Shown here piece after piece: positions 27,111 through 40,800 of a stretch of DNA of 64,000 nucleotides. Within the stretch, counting starts at the first letter, position 1. Every line of letters starts with the position of its first letter. The notes beneath the pieces were generated by a model, which saw only the letters and a program-made list of their open reading frames with translations, was not told where the DNA came from and made no database searches. The stretch is from Orbicella franksi. Its lineage: Eukaryota. The stretch covers positions 22,444,001 through 22,508,000 of the forward strand of contig OZ116699.1 of NCBI GenBank assembly GCA_964199315.1, written 5' to 3'. The translations under genes and the position numbers were made by a program.

Positions 27111-29094
27111 TTGGGAGTAGCCTTCGATGGACAGGGGTGAATAGTTTACAATCCTGGACAAAACTAGTTGTGACAAATGAAAGAAAGTTATCTCCATTTT
27201 TCTGTTGTACTGACTAAATTCCAAAACTTCTCTTCCCCCTGGCAATATTGTTTGGGCTACTGAACACGTGACTCTCCGTAGGTTTTCAGACCAAAACAAC
27301 ATTGAATAGGTAGTAGGGTAAGGAACGACTTTGATGTGGTTTTATTACATCGTGACATCCGGTGGCGGATCTAGACCTTGAGTTAAGGGAAGGCGAGGGG
27401 AGGGGTGGGGGGGTGGGGGGGCAGTTTCGTTTTCCTGTTGGCTTTTCTTCCTCCTGTGATTTCTTCTTTTTTTACCCAAAATAAGTGAGGACCGGGCCCC
27501 CCTGGTCCCTTCCCTAAATCTGCCACTGGTATTGCGCGTAATTGAAACATTGACAAAACTATCTCATCCGTTTTTATTCAACGTTGTAGCTCCTCCATGC
27601 TAAAAAAGCCGAGATTATTTGAGCGCGACACCGATGAGCAGCTGCAACCGAACCCAGGCAACATATGTAAAAAAGAATCAAGATCAAAAACAACACGAGG
27701 TTAAACGTTCGACGTGCGTGTGAACAGATATTTAAAATATGGCTTCAGTCAGTGAGCAAACAAACATTTACTAGAAGTTTACTGAGCATTAGCAACACGC
27801 ACAAATTACTCTTTTGCGCTGACAATTTGCCTGTGGCTTGATATTTCAGTTGCACAAAGCAATCTTAAAGCAATTAGGTTAGAGGTGTTAAACATACGGG
27901 TTGATGTTTTTTAATTTCCTTGGAAGTCTAGTAATGTTCCTGTGTTAGATTGTTCTTTAACCGTAGATTGCAGCATTTAATTTCCTTGAGTTTATGTTCG
28001 TTTGAATGAATAGTGTTACTAATAGATTGCCTTTTAATTGTGAGGTCAGCTGTGAGAAGGCCTAGGGAAGTGGGAGGTGGCCACTTAACAGCCTTAATAG
28101 AGGTTCGCCAGGAATTAGTATGAAGCTTATAGAAACGTCAAGTTATTCAGATACAAACATGCTTGAAGGCTTGTGACTACTGTTACGCGTACGTAACAAA
28201 GCCAGTATGCGTCCTTGAAAAATCACTGTCACAAATTTAATTTACCATCGGGTTAACTGCTTTGTGAAAATGGAATAACGTAATGACAATCATAAACGTG
28301 TGTTTGAATGTTTTTGTATTACTAGTCTTCACCTTCTATTTCGGACTCAGACAAAACAAAGCCAAACTACGTGGATTTAATTTTGGGTGGCCGCTTAATA
28401 GGGGTAAAGACAACAGAAAACCCTCATTGGGACGACCGAAAGGTGCTAAATAGAGGTGGCCGGTTAATAGGAGCTTCATTTGCAGCTTTGTGCTGACAAT
28501 TCTTTCGGGACTTTGATTACCGGCCGCTGGATAAGGGGGTGGCCTCTTAGTAACAGGTGGCCGCATGATAGAGGTTGACTATATAATTGTTTTCATTTCC
28601 TTATATAATGGTGGCATTCTGAATTTGAGTTAAAGTAATTTCGTGTTTCGTTCAGGCGGACACTGATGAGACAACATCGAGCAGCACAAATAGATAGAAG
28701 AAAAAGGTGGGCTTAAAATCTGAAAAGTATCGTAACTCACTTCAGAGAAAACATTATGTATACCATTTTCATGTTCGGAGCTTGGTTTTCTCAATCTCAA
28801 AATTCGACTTCTTCTTTGGCTTAAGATTTATTGAAGTTCGAGTTTTTTTCTGCCTGCAAATCATAATCATCTAACTAACCTTTTCCATTTTCTTATTCTT
28901 CTTCAAGAATATAATCACCCTCAAGGTCTTCAGCTCTGACGATTTTTGCAGATAACTTCTAAGGACTTCGGCATCCTTGGCTTGTTCAGTAACGGTTGAC
29001 GTAAGTTAAATATCCCCGTCAATAGACAAGGGTAGATCAGACTCGAATCGCGAAGCAACAAATCGATGCTCTGAACTTTATTAGAAAATGGGCT

Positions 29095-29250
29095 TGTCTC
29101 AGTAATTTTTGTTGTTGTTGTTTTTGTTGTTAGAGTCATCATTAATACCCTAAATATCTAGGAAGAGAATTTAACCATCAAAATTACCTTAGTCATAATT
29201 TTTTCATAGACATTGCCTCAGTCATCGGTTTTTCTGACTACGGCCCTGAA
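29095..29250 (-). mobile_element. Unexpanded copy of the dispersed element that hosts the 16351-16717 minisatellite
   Basis: Its reverse complement ggccgtagtcagaaaaaccgatgactgaggcaatgtctatgaaaaaattatgact...ggttaaattctcttcctag...gatgact matches 16329-16380 and 16719-16790. Confidence 0.75.
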
Positions 29251-31514
29251 ATGCATTCAGCAAATCGTCTAAAATTTTGGACGAATTTTTTTTCTCAAAT
29301 TTCCAACATTTTATCCATACCCATTCAGTTTTCAGTGAGTGTCGAATTATAAGTTATTCATATGAGATACTACCAAAATCGATTCTTAACCTAGTGGCAT
29401 GTAGCTCCGACTCACTCAAGCTTTTAATTCACACGAATTTTTTATATACGATTTCAATTTTTACACATGCCTTCCATGCATGAGTCTAAAACTGTAAGCT
29501 TATAGACTTATTAAAGTATTTCGTTTTTTGAGTAAAATTGATATCTGCAATTTCTTGTACTGTAAAAAAGAGTAATGATAAAAGTAGGCTTGTTTCCTTC
29601 AAATGACGAATTGCCAAGTAGATTTTGCTGTTAAACATGCAAAAAGGATCACACGTTCGATAATGGTTCTGCAAATCGACATCTGAAGTGCGACGTGTCT
29701 GGCCAAGTGCTCGTGTAGCGTCATCAACCCCATTTTAAATTCTTGTTCGTATCTCGGTGTTGATTGACAGTTCAATGCTGTTCCCAATCAAGTGAAAGGA
29801 AAACACCATTTAACTCTTGCTCACGTTTTAATCAGATCCAGACACAGTTTTAGTGAAAAACCTTGAACTGATCAACAAATACCTCAGTGTAATAGCTCGA
29901 AATAGTCTCAGGCTGCACGGACACATGAACGTAGCGGTTACAAACAACATTTGGGGCTAGAGGTGATCGGGCTGATAAAATAGTTGCGTTTACAGGTAAG
30001 ACGTACTATCAGATTGCAACGGACAAACTAGGCTTCACATTCAAGTCCTTCTGTTTATTAGTGCCAGTACACGAGAGCGATCAACCCTCTTATCAGTTAT
30101 CTTAAGTCAAGGAAAGTTTCGTGTAAACATTACAAGTTCAGAATGGATCGAGGAAAAAATGTTATGCAAAGATACGAACGATCGTCACTACTATGTACAC
30201 AACTTAAGCAGCTGTGAAATTAAAGCTTGACTGAACAAATTTAGGCTTAAAAGAATGAAAGATTGAATCTCGCCCAATTTACTTTTGTACCTTCTACTTC
30301 AGTAGGGGTTTGGACTGAAACTGTGCGGCATGATTATTTCGTTTAGCTTCTTAAAAGGCATTTTTAAATGTCGAAAGGAAAACAAAAACAACATAGAGTT
30401 TAAGGGAAAGAATTAAAGAGACAAGCAGCTTGCTTCAACTAAAACGTGCACCTAAAAAACAAAAGCAACAGCCACTGAAGAAAAACGAGAAAAGAAAAAC
30501 AATGATATAAATTATTCGTTTAACTGGAACTTTCTTGCTTAATAACTCATCTATCAATACCTGTTGTTGTAACACCTTTAATTGCGCAATGTTAATAACT
30601 TCATTTGTTATATTATTTATGGAACCAAATTTGAGCTGTTGTTCGAAAATCTAGCCTTTTCTCTGAAATTTTTTCAAAAAAAACTTTGATGTCATTTTTT
30701 TTTTTTCATTTTTAATATCACCATTAATGGACTGTCAAAATATATCCCTATTCACCATAACTCAAACATCTTTTGTTAAATGAGTATGCAAAGTAAAAAC
30801 AGGGAACAGAATGATTTATAGCTTGAATAGCACAAGGGTTTAAATACTTTATGGCCTGAAAATGTCTGTTGGCGTCGATCCTTATTTAAAAAAAAAACTA
30901 AAAATGACGAGTGGTTTATGTGGGAACCGAGAAAAAAGAAGCAAATCAATCATTACAAGATCTGTCATTGATCTGAAGCGAATGTAAAGAAAGTCGAAAT
31001 GGCAGCAACAACATTAAACGAAAAAAAAATTATGTACGATAACAGTTACTACATTAACCTGCACAAAATTATTCTGAACTTGAGATAATTTGTTTTAAAC
31101 TAGGATTGCAAGACAAGTGAAATCATGGCCCTATATTACTTGTTTGGAAAGAAATCGTATTACTTTAGAATTAAACTTGCCATGAATTATTTAACAAATA
31201 AAGAAGCTTAAGTAAATATATTAACAAGACGGCCATCGTCGACAGCAATTTAAAAAACACAGCCAATCAGAGCGCGCAGGATTCAAGATGTTTTCCGAAG
31301 ATTAACAAATAAATATGTCTTTCTGCATTTACCAAACATCTAAGATTATCTGAACAGTGAGGAGAACATGCACCTATCAATTTGACTTCATCTCAAAGGA
31401 GTTTTGTTTAAAGTTCCTCCCGTGACTGTGGAAGCCAAGGGGCCCATTGATAGATCATGTATGTAAAGTAGAGAACACAGTTCGTGAACAAGGAGGTTTT
31501 TTTCTAAAGGTTGG

Positions 31515-31825
31515 TTTTCAATAGCGACGAAGACGTAGTCGGTGTCGTAAGAGTGCTTATATTTGACCTAGTGAACATCGAAAATTGGATTCGCAGGCGG
31601 AGTTACAAGCTCGATGGAATCGGAGTCGGAAGAATCAGAACGTTTCTATTTTTTCCGATTCCGTCTTCGAACCTGTCGCTTATGATCCAGTGAAAGGATC
31701 GAGCGTTATGATTGGTTCATTCTTCCGCTTCTGCTTCCGACTCCGACAATCTAGTTTTGACTATATCATAAGCGACGGAGTCATAAGCAGAATCGGTGTT
31801 CTGCTTCCGAACCCGTCGGTTTGAG
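31515..31825. repeat. Dispersed repeat with (gagtcg/cttccg) motifs
   Basis: Internal inverted motifs ggagtcggaag / cttccgactcc. Recognised as a common anthozoan repeat; the overlapping ORFs look non-coding. Confidence 0.45.
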
Positions 31826-32357
31826 CTAGTAGACGCACTTACCATTTGTTTTAGCTCAAATTTCAAATGAATGTAGGCCTTTTTATTCCTTCCTTTTATT
31901 CCGACGTTTCGGGACTATATAGGCATTTGGTGGGAGATTTAGGTCATTCTAGGTCTGTCAGTGTTCGTGTTCGTCCACATTTTTAATTTAGCTTTTGTTA
32001 TAACAACTTGTATGTATAATTTTAAAATTTTCTATCTTACTCATTTTGTACCCTTTCCACAAAAAACGTTTCCACATATTTTTTTTGGTCACATCCAAAA
32101 GGTGGTTTTTTAGCGGTTTTTCGTATCTAGCGTAGCGCAAGTTCAAACCGGTAGAACCGATAGTTGTAATTTCCACGGATACAGAGTATCTCATTAGCCT
32201 GAATACAGCTGCATCATATAACTACTGCACGACTGACGCAATAAACTATTCACAATGAATGTCTCGTGTTAGTGTAGTGAGAATGATGTTGTTATGTACT
32301 CTTGCTGTAGTTTACAAATCTCATTGTCTGTTGGTTTACTTTACAGCTGACTTCAGC

Positions 32358-33985
32358 ATGGAAGGTAACACCACTTCCTCTCCCTCGTCGACGGCCAGTT
32401 TGAATCCTCCGCCTCTGAGTAACCTCGACACTACTATTGTAGTGTTATTCCGTGTGATCGCTGCCGCTTCCTTTGTATTCAACTTGTTGTTCTGTATCGT
32501 GCTTCTTAGGAAACCGTCCATGTTAAGAAAACCCCATAATATTCTTCTGTTCAGTTTAGCCGTGGCGGATATGCTCACTGGTGAGGTTATATGCAAATGA
32601 GTTGAGGAACCTTTGCATCAACTACTTTTTATCTTGACTGGCTCTCTTAATTAACTATTGTCTTCTGTGAGACTGTCAATGCCCCTTAGTTGTTTTTTAA
32701 AAAGTTGCAAGGTGGCTTTGAACTCCGTCAGCAGAATGCTAACAAAATGTCTGCAAGTGCAGTTATTTTGATTAGGTGAAAAAGATTTCAAAAGGAGAAG
32801 CTTTTACTGTGTTGTTTTAAAGGACGGACCTTAATTTTTTTCTCTCAATTTTAGGTTGTGCATGATTATTTTTGTAGCCCAATAATTTGATGCCAATTTG
32901 ACATCAACAATAGGACCCGGATAGTAGAAAGCACTTGCTCGATTTTTTTTCCGTATGGGCTCCCTTGCACGATTAGTCTTTTCAGCCTTTTTTTTCGCGC
33001 AGAAATGTTTTTTTTTTTTTTTTTTTTTTTGCAAATTGCCCAACCCCTCCTCAAGAATAATGGTCCGTCCTCTGAAAGTTGAAACTTTTAGATCCTTGAC
33101 CTCTAAGACCTGTTAAGATATATACTCAACGATAGTCGTCAAAGTCATTGTAGTGACCACAGTTTTCATGTAACGTGCATTCATTGTTTTTTTCTTTCAG
33201 GAATCTTCCTCGTAGCTACTCCTGGATACGCCATTCCCACGTCTGCATACCCAGTCCCTCTCGGATTAGGCGGAGAGATTTTTTGCCGCCTGTTTGCAAA
33301 CAGATATCTTCTGTTTGCAATGGGAAAAGTTTCCATCCTTCTTGTGGCCTGCCTTGCTATCGAGCGATGGTACTGCGTGCTTCGGCCAATCAGATACAAG
33401 GATCAGTTTAGCAGAAAACGTATCATCCTTTACGGTTTCGTCATGTTTATCATCACGTGTATTCTTTCCATGAATAAGTTTTTTGAGACCAGTCTCGATG
33501 GCAAGAAGTGTATTTCTAAGAAAGCACCGTACGGCAAGTATGGTACAAGGGCTTTTATCATCTCCTTCAGTCTGGTCGCATTTTACATCCCTTGTCTGTT
33601 GACATGGATAACGTTTGCCCATATAGCAATAAATCTTCCGTCATCTCCCGGGGAAAGCACTGAGAGTGTAAACAAACGGAGGCGACAGAAACTAGTACTG
33701 CGCATGTGCGCTTTAACTGCAGCAGCCTTGACAGTTTGCGGTTTTCCTTCGCAGACCATCTACGTTCTCAGTCCTTTTGGTATCACACAAATTGGCAGCC
33801 CATTGCATAAGGGATTTAATGTACTGGTGTTTGTTAATTCTTGCATGAATCCGTTGATTTATTGTTTCACTAACAAGAAATACAGAAGGGAATTTAAAAA
33901 ACTTTTGGGATTCCACAGAGGCAATGGAATATCTCCAGAGACTGAGCTGGGCTCGACTCGGACTCAAACGCCAGCTGGTAAATAA
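32358..33985 (+). CDS. Class A (rhodopsin-like) 7TM GPCR, probably a peptide-receptor type, 335 aa
   Basis: Exons 32358-32580 and 33201-33985 are joined by a phase-1 GT-AG intron. The protein has an N-glycosylation sequon (NTT), TM2 LAVADM, TM3 IERW (DRY equivalent), TM6 CGFP, TM7 NSCMNPLIY (NPxxY) and a basic helix 8. An acceptor at 32346 implies a 5'-UTR intron. Confidence 0.92.
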
Positions 33986-36103
33986 ACACACGGTGCTTTT
34001 CATTAATCGCCAATCGGGTCTGCTGGCGCTTACGGGAAATGTTTCGTAGTTAATGGCCTTGATGCAAACGCACAGTACCAGTATCTTTTTTAGTCTACTG
34101 ATTTACAATGACGCCGGTCAGGCCTGGCAGTCCTGCAATTGACTAATTAACTCCATGATAGAAAATGAAGTGGCAGACAAAAAACTCTTTTGCTCTCAGC
34201 AGTTATTTTAAAGCCCTAGCCAGCCCATTTGAAGACCATCAGTAACCGAACAAGGTTTTGGTCTAATTCTATTCAGGAACGTCTCGCTGAAAAAACAAAT
34301 TCCCTTGCCACATTCAATAATTAATACAAGGATTAATATTATTTTAAATGAGAATTAATGTATGGATACTATATCGCCGGAACTTTGCTCATAGCCAGTT
34401 GTTTTACTTTGAGCTCTCGCTGAAGTAAGACTAGAGGGTGATATCACAAAAGAACATAACCCCAGAAGTGATTTGAATCCCCTTTTGAGACAAAAAGAAA
34501 TCGAGAAAGTTCACTTGTAAATATTCTTTAAAATTATCTGTCTTGACGAAATGCACCTGCCACCGACAAGGTAGAGGTGTGGCAAACTGCAAAAACTTTA
34601 AAACCATTGATGTACTTACTCTTTGACAACATAGTTATTGAAAATAAACATGATTATCACAACGTTGTAAATACAAGTATATAATCATTTCACAGTGGCA
34701 AGTAAATACATATCTATTCACTTGGTATTGAATGTTTGTTCTTGGCTTAACTAAACCATAATAACAACGTTATTCTAATAATATTTGCAACATCTGACTT
34801 AGTCTTGTCATGTTAGTTCTCTGTTTTATTGAAATTTTCGTTTCTATGGGGAGATAATTCCAAAATCTTTAAAGTATATGAATGCCTCTAGTTTTCTCGA
34901 TTTTAGAGATCAAATTTTGACATTTCCTAACAATATTTGAAAATTTTAAAATGCAAGAAGCGGATTCAAGATGGCAGACGTTTTGAAAATGTAGGACGGC
35001 ATTTTGGCGTAATATGACGACAAAATTGGCGCTAAATTCCACTAAAAATAAAAAGCCTGGCTCTGGGGCTGTGCCACCGAGAATTCCTCTTTCGTTAGTG
35101 TATCACAAAACGTGCAACCAAGCTCGGAAGGTCTTGCAAGAAACAAACCATTGTACACCTCTTCGAAATCATGTTCCTTTTCGACGTTACCTTCATTGTC
35201 CTACGATAGAAAATAGAAAGATAAAATCCAGACATGCTGGGGGAAGCTAACTGACACCTGCATATAGCCCGCGTTCCTAAAAGAGATATTTGATTCAAGT
35301 ATCTGCAAAATGAGGTGTTTAATGGAGTGGTACTTGCGTGGAGGTCACAGATTTGCTGAGATTTCTTTGCATCGTCCTTGATGGTCGACCCGTGAGGGCA
35401 CAAAGTAACGGTCACTTAATGTTTATCACAAAAATTATCTAACTTAAAGACTAAAACCTTTGCAGTAGCTGAAAGCAAGAAGGAAAGAGTTGCCTGAGAA
35501 AGTAATGGTATGGACCACCGGCGCTAAGATATTTAGCGACCACAAACATTAACATCCCTTGTTATGTTAGAATTTTTGACTGGCACAATAAAAATTAAAG
35601 GAGCACAGTAGAAATAGTAAAATACACGGTAAGTGTATGTCCAAATATTGAATTAAAGAAAACCTTCTCTAGTGCTGACGGCGCGAAATAAATCACCGAA
35701 GAAAGACAACTTGTGCATTGATGTAGTGACCGAGAGATTCGGACAGAGACGGAAACTGTGGAGACAAAAAAATTGCCTGACTTAGGAGAAAAGAGTCATT
35801 CTGTGAGGGAGGAGCCCGCGTCTTACACTAAGGAGCTCCTTTTAGATAACGCGGGGATAAGGGGTTCAGCGTTGGTGCCCGGTAGTCCTGCCTCTCAAAT
35901 TTGCCCGGGGTACGTGAAACCAGAAATGCAAATAAAGTACTTCTGTGTAAGATGCAACTTTTGTTTAAAGTATTCTTCAGCAGCGAGGAAAAGGATGCCC
36001 TACAAGCGCTGAAATATCCCTGTTATACGCAGACTTTCCCTCAGCCAATTGCTTCGGAGGTTGTAAAAAAAAGTAGATAGCCTGAGCTCAGACTGATGCC
36101 TTA

Positions 36104-36161
36104 GGGGCAAGGGGGCTAGGGAGGGCATGGGGAGGGGATGGGGGAGGGGATGGGGAAGGGG
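36104..36161 (+). other. G-rich tract with G-quadruplex potential
   Basis: More than eight runs of 3-5 G separated by 1-3 nt (ggggcaagggggctagggagggcatggggaggggatgggggaggggatggggaagggg). Confidence 0.5.
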
Positions 36162-37808
36162 TGCGGTTCTCCCCTAAACCCTCCAGTATTTTTGTTTTAC
36201 AAGACTCTTTTGTATAAGAATTCGCTCGAGGTTAAAATTAGCTTAACTTTAAGATGTGTTAAGAATATAACCAAGGCTGAGATTTTGTTAAGAACATGTT
36301 TTCGTGTTGATGGAAAATACTTATACAATAAGAAGTCATATATCGCATGGTTTTGAATAGTGGCTAACAAAACGATAAAATAATGCAATAATGCAATGCT
36401 GATTTGATGAAAATAATTGTGCCATTCCTGCTTACATGTACAAGAGATGTCTGCTAAGTATAAGGCATCGAAAATTACCTATTTTGGTTTGAAATACGGT
36501 TGAACCCGGCTTCTCGGACCAGCCTGCTCGACCTCATAAGGGAAACGAAAAATTAGCCTGCGTAGCAAGCGTTTACGTGGGTTTGGGGAGCAAAGAACGG
36601 GATTTTCGGTGTTTGGCAAATCACCGAAAATTCTCGTTCCGTCTTTCTTTGCTCCCCAACCACGCGGAAACGTTCTGCTACGAAGGCTACACCAGACATT
36701 TCATGTACTCAGCGCGGCTGTCATGTCTATATTCAACGAGGGAGTCCGGTATTTACTAAGTATTAGAGGGGCAGCTGGGAGAGGCAACAGATGCTGTCAA
36801 AACAAGGGTATTTCTTCTAAAAGAAAACTGAAAATAGAAAGGGACTTTTTTGACCGAGGTTTCAGTTGCGATTCGCCTCCCAAGAAAACAAAACTGACAA
36901 TCAAGCATGGATGGGTCCCAGGTTTGACAATTTGCAAGACTTGCAACGGAATATAAATTTCTTATTTCGAGCGGGGCTTTCATTGAACCTTTCACAATCT
37001 GTTTGTGATCTATTTTTGGTTGTAGTTTTCTTCTTTTCGATCCGTCTGGCGTGAATGCGGGAAATCAGGAGAATAATATTTACAGAGTGAGGAAGGGCAA
37101 TATGCAAATTTCAAAGTCAGACCACTTTTTTTCACTGTAACGTGTGACTTCCGGTACACGTGGGTGACATGCGAACTCACCATCCGAGCTTGCCAAATCA
37201 GGCGGTAAATTTTTGCGGAAGCCGCCTTTTTTCATAATTACCGTATGCAAAAGGAGAATATATTGATTTCTTTACGCTTGTGAAATTGTAATCGGGACCT
37301 ACAAACTTGCAAGAGCGTGTGTAAATCTGTCACTCTCCTGTTGTTTAGACCTCTTAATTGCAAATAGTATTTTTTTTTGTTTTTAAATCAAAAAAAGGAC
37401 TTGCCGACAAATGAAACATTTATTGACATATTCTTTTACGTGCAGTTTTCTGGTCTAGATTGATTTGGAGGATCCTGACTTTGTTTATTCCATTTACACT
37501 TTGTTGCCTGTTCGAGTGATTGTGTTACATAATGTTGGAAATTCATTTCCGGTTTGTGATAAGGTCACGTTCAGGGATATATCCGGTCTAGCAAGTTTTG
37601 CTGCTTGGTAACCCGTCTTTCAATTCTGCGCTCTCTGATTGGCTGAACCAGCCCAAACCGCTATGAACATGTTTTTGTTGTGTACAAGAAAAATTTTTTC
37701 CCCTCGCGAGCTGGAAAGACCGGCCTAACAGCATTTGAAAAATGTACTCGTTGTAGGTCAAGCAGTCTTTTCATTACTCTCGTATTTCGACCGTTTATAG
37801 CAGGAAAT

Positions 37809-40800
37809 ATGAAGTTTACAGTGTTGGAGGCCGATGGCAAGGCACACGAATTTGTTCTTACGGGGCACAAACTCGGGCAACAGGTTCTGGACAAGGTGAG
37901 AAGCATTAGAAACGCTGAAGTTGCAAATGTACTTAGTTGACAATTTTTTTCGTGAACGGCCATTTATTGTTCGCTAACAACGTGTACTGTTTTCGTTAGG
38001 TCTGTGAGAAGCTGGGAATCAAGGAAAAAAATTATTTTGGTCTTCGAAACTCTGTCAATGATATAAGCGTCTGGCTAAATCTGAGAAATCCGGTTTCAAC
38101 TCAGCTTCGCCCACATTTGCCTGGAAAACCTCATCGACTTCGCCTCGAAGTTAAATTTTTCGTTGCACCCCAAGAACTTCAACAGGAGGAAACGAGGTAG
38201 GCTGCTTTTGCTTTTATTTTGTGCGAGTTTGAAAGGCCAGAAGATTGCACTAATTCAAAACTTGTTGTGCTGGGTTTACTCGGAGAAAGCCAGTTGTACA
38301 TTACAATCAGGTGAAAAGTGAATCTATAAATAGCCGTTCGTTACTTTGAAATTTGTGGTCGAGCCTTGGACTCGAATTTTTGATCTCTTCAAATAATGTG
38401 TGGGTTTTCATCTTGCAGACACCAGTTTTATCTCTGTCTCAAAAAGCAAATCGCCGAAGGAAAGTTCAACTTGACGCAGGAGAAGGCTGTTCAACTGTGT
38501 GCTCTGATGGCTCAGGTGGAGTATGGAGATTTACACTCGAACGCGCCAAGAAGCTACCCCCAATTTCTTTCTCCCTGGAGCAGAGACGACATGGAAAGAA
38601 AAATAGCTGAGGCCCATAGGAAGCTAGAAGGGATGTCTTCATCAATTGCAAGAGATGCATTTCTCAATGTTATGTCCAAGGAGGAGCTCTATGATGCAGA
38701 AATTTTCAAGGCCAAGGCAGGAGGACAGAAAGTTTTAGTTGCAGTAGGAAGTAGTGGCTTGAAAGTTTACGAGAGAAGAACTCATGGGAAACTTAAGCAA
38801 ACGTAAGTTGGCTGTAATATATTTTTGCTCATTTGGTACTTGGATGGTTAAAGATCACAGATACCTTATTCGATTGTATGCATATGATATGGGCTAATTA
38901 GCTTTGGTTAAATATTTGCTCGTGACCTTTACCTCTGGAGAAAACAGTGGATGTGTAAAAGACTTAAGTCTGCTAAAAAACAGGATTTACAATTTTTTTC
39001 AGCAAATGTTTATATAGTAGGAGTGATTAGTGAGTTTGGGATCCATTGTTCTTTGACCTTGAATAAATTTCGTTATATTTAGCTCTTGTCTGATTGGTGC
39101 TTCTGGCCTTTTTCATGCTATTACACTTGGATGTGACTGTGTACTTCAATAGCAGTTGGATTGTTTGTTACCATTTGTATAAATTTTCTCTTTTCCGTGT
39201 AGCCTGAGGTCAGGAACGTGTTGGCGTAGTTATGAATAAGTAAAGGAATAAATACTATGCACAAAAATAATCCAAAATACATTTAAATTCATATATATGG
39301 GGAGCAGGGATGGCGCAGTGGTGAGAACGCTCGCTTCCCATCAGTGTGGCCCGGGTTTGATTCCGGCCTGGTGCCATAAGTGGGTTGAGTTTGTTGCTGG
39401 TTCTTGCCTTGTTCCGAGGGTTTTTCTCTGGGTTCTCCAGTTTTTCTCCCTCTACAAAAACCAACACTCCAAATTCCAACTTTACCAGGATATTAAGGAC
39501 CCTTATTAAAACCAGCTAAGGCTGATTTGGCTTCCTCTCTCTAAATAGTGCAATCACTCAATTCAGAAAAACAAAGTAGTAGAAAAAGATGAACTTTCTA
39601 GTTTTGACTTTTCTTCAGATAACGTATTTACAGCCATACTTAGCAATCATTATTGGAGGACTACTAATTGGGGTCTAATGGTCATGAAAATAATGGAAAA
39701 GTCAGTCAGATCTTCATCCTGTTGAATACAATCTTCTTGGAGTCATTTATCCAACAACCTCAGCTCTAAGCTGTTACTTCTGTTTCCCAAACTCTTAGTT
39801 CTGTGTAAACAGTTTATATGTACATACATGTACAATTAGGTGACTTAACACAAGTTTGGTAGTAGCATCCAGGGGGGGCAAGCAGCGAGGCCTGGAACCG
39901 AGTTTCTATGATCGCCCCAGTTAAGAAATTTGGCCGAGCAAGACTAAGTACTGGTTTGTGGAAAACAAACATGGCGGACTTCCGTGTGCGCGATGCGTTT
40001 GTAAAGTTTGGTAAACGTCGTGCATATTTCACGTTCAAACATCTACGAAAAAGCTCCAGTTGCCCTGCATCTAAATCTTGGACATTTGATCGAGGCATCG
40101 ATGATAAATATTCCAACGTAAACCTGTGAGCCCTCGCGAGCGGGAACTCCACAGTGTGAGCTAGATTGCAGGCATGAATATTTTATTCAAGCATTTTTGG
40201 GTGTCCTATCAACGGGATAAACTGAAGTATTTCTATATTTCCGGACTCCCTGATGGTAAGGGTTGCTTTTTCTTAACAGCTTCGTGACCCTTTTTTTGTT
40301 TGCACTTATTAAACTGACAGGGTTAAAGTAGGTTTCATAGTGAGTGCAGTGGGTACGGCGTTTTTCTGTTACGTTACTACAAGAGGTCTCTTTCAGTTTC
40401 AGGTAAAGCATCTGGCATTATTCATGAAAGCGAATACTGGATAGGTTCCTCGGCAGAATTGAGAATTAATCACCATCTCTTTGCCGTTACAACACAATAG
40501 TTGTACATGTGTCGTTGATTGTTTTTGTTTCTTCATAATCCTTAGGCTTTTGTTTTGATATTCTAGACTTAACGGCTTAAATAATGGGTCCAATCAAGTC
40601 GTTGAGATGGAGAGTGTGCAGGAAGTTTGACTTTACCACCTCATTTTGTTGCTCTTTCTGCACTATTTTTTTATGCCACCTCTCAATTAGTTTTCAAAGG
40701 GTTCATGCTCCTCTCTTGCACTAAGAATTGTCATTTGATACAAGTACTATTAAAGACTTCATTCATCTGACTTTATATTAGTCTGCCTTATTGTCTTATT

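Noticed and set aside
16329-29250. Inverted repeats at 16.3 kb and 29.2 kb as breakpoints of the GPCR inverted duplication
   Set aside because: Their positions are not symmetric relative to the two GPCR copies, and the intact gene lies outside the interval. Independent insertions explain them.
28900-30130. Possible decayed leucine-rich-repeat exons on the minus strand (LRSYLQKSSELKTL; HLIGNSIE; VDLQN)
   Set aside because: The fragments are short, interrupted by stops, and lack a convincing LxxLxLxxN periodicity. They cannot be supported without a profile search.
39619-39720. Extra MYLIP exon after the acceptor at 39618
   Set aside because: The required phase 2 gives an immediate TAA. Exon 3 splices in frame to 43045 and aligns continuously with the FERM domain.
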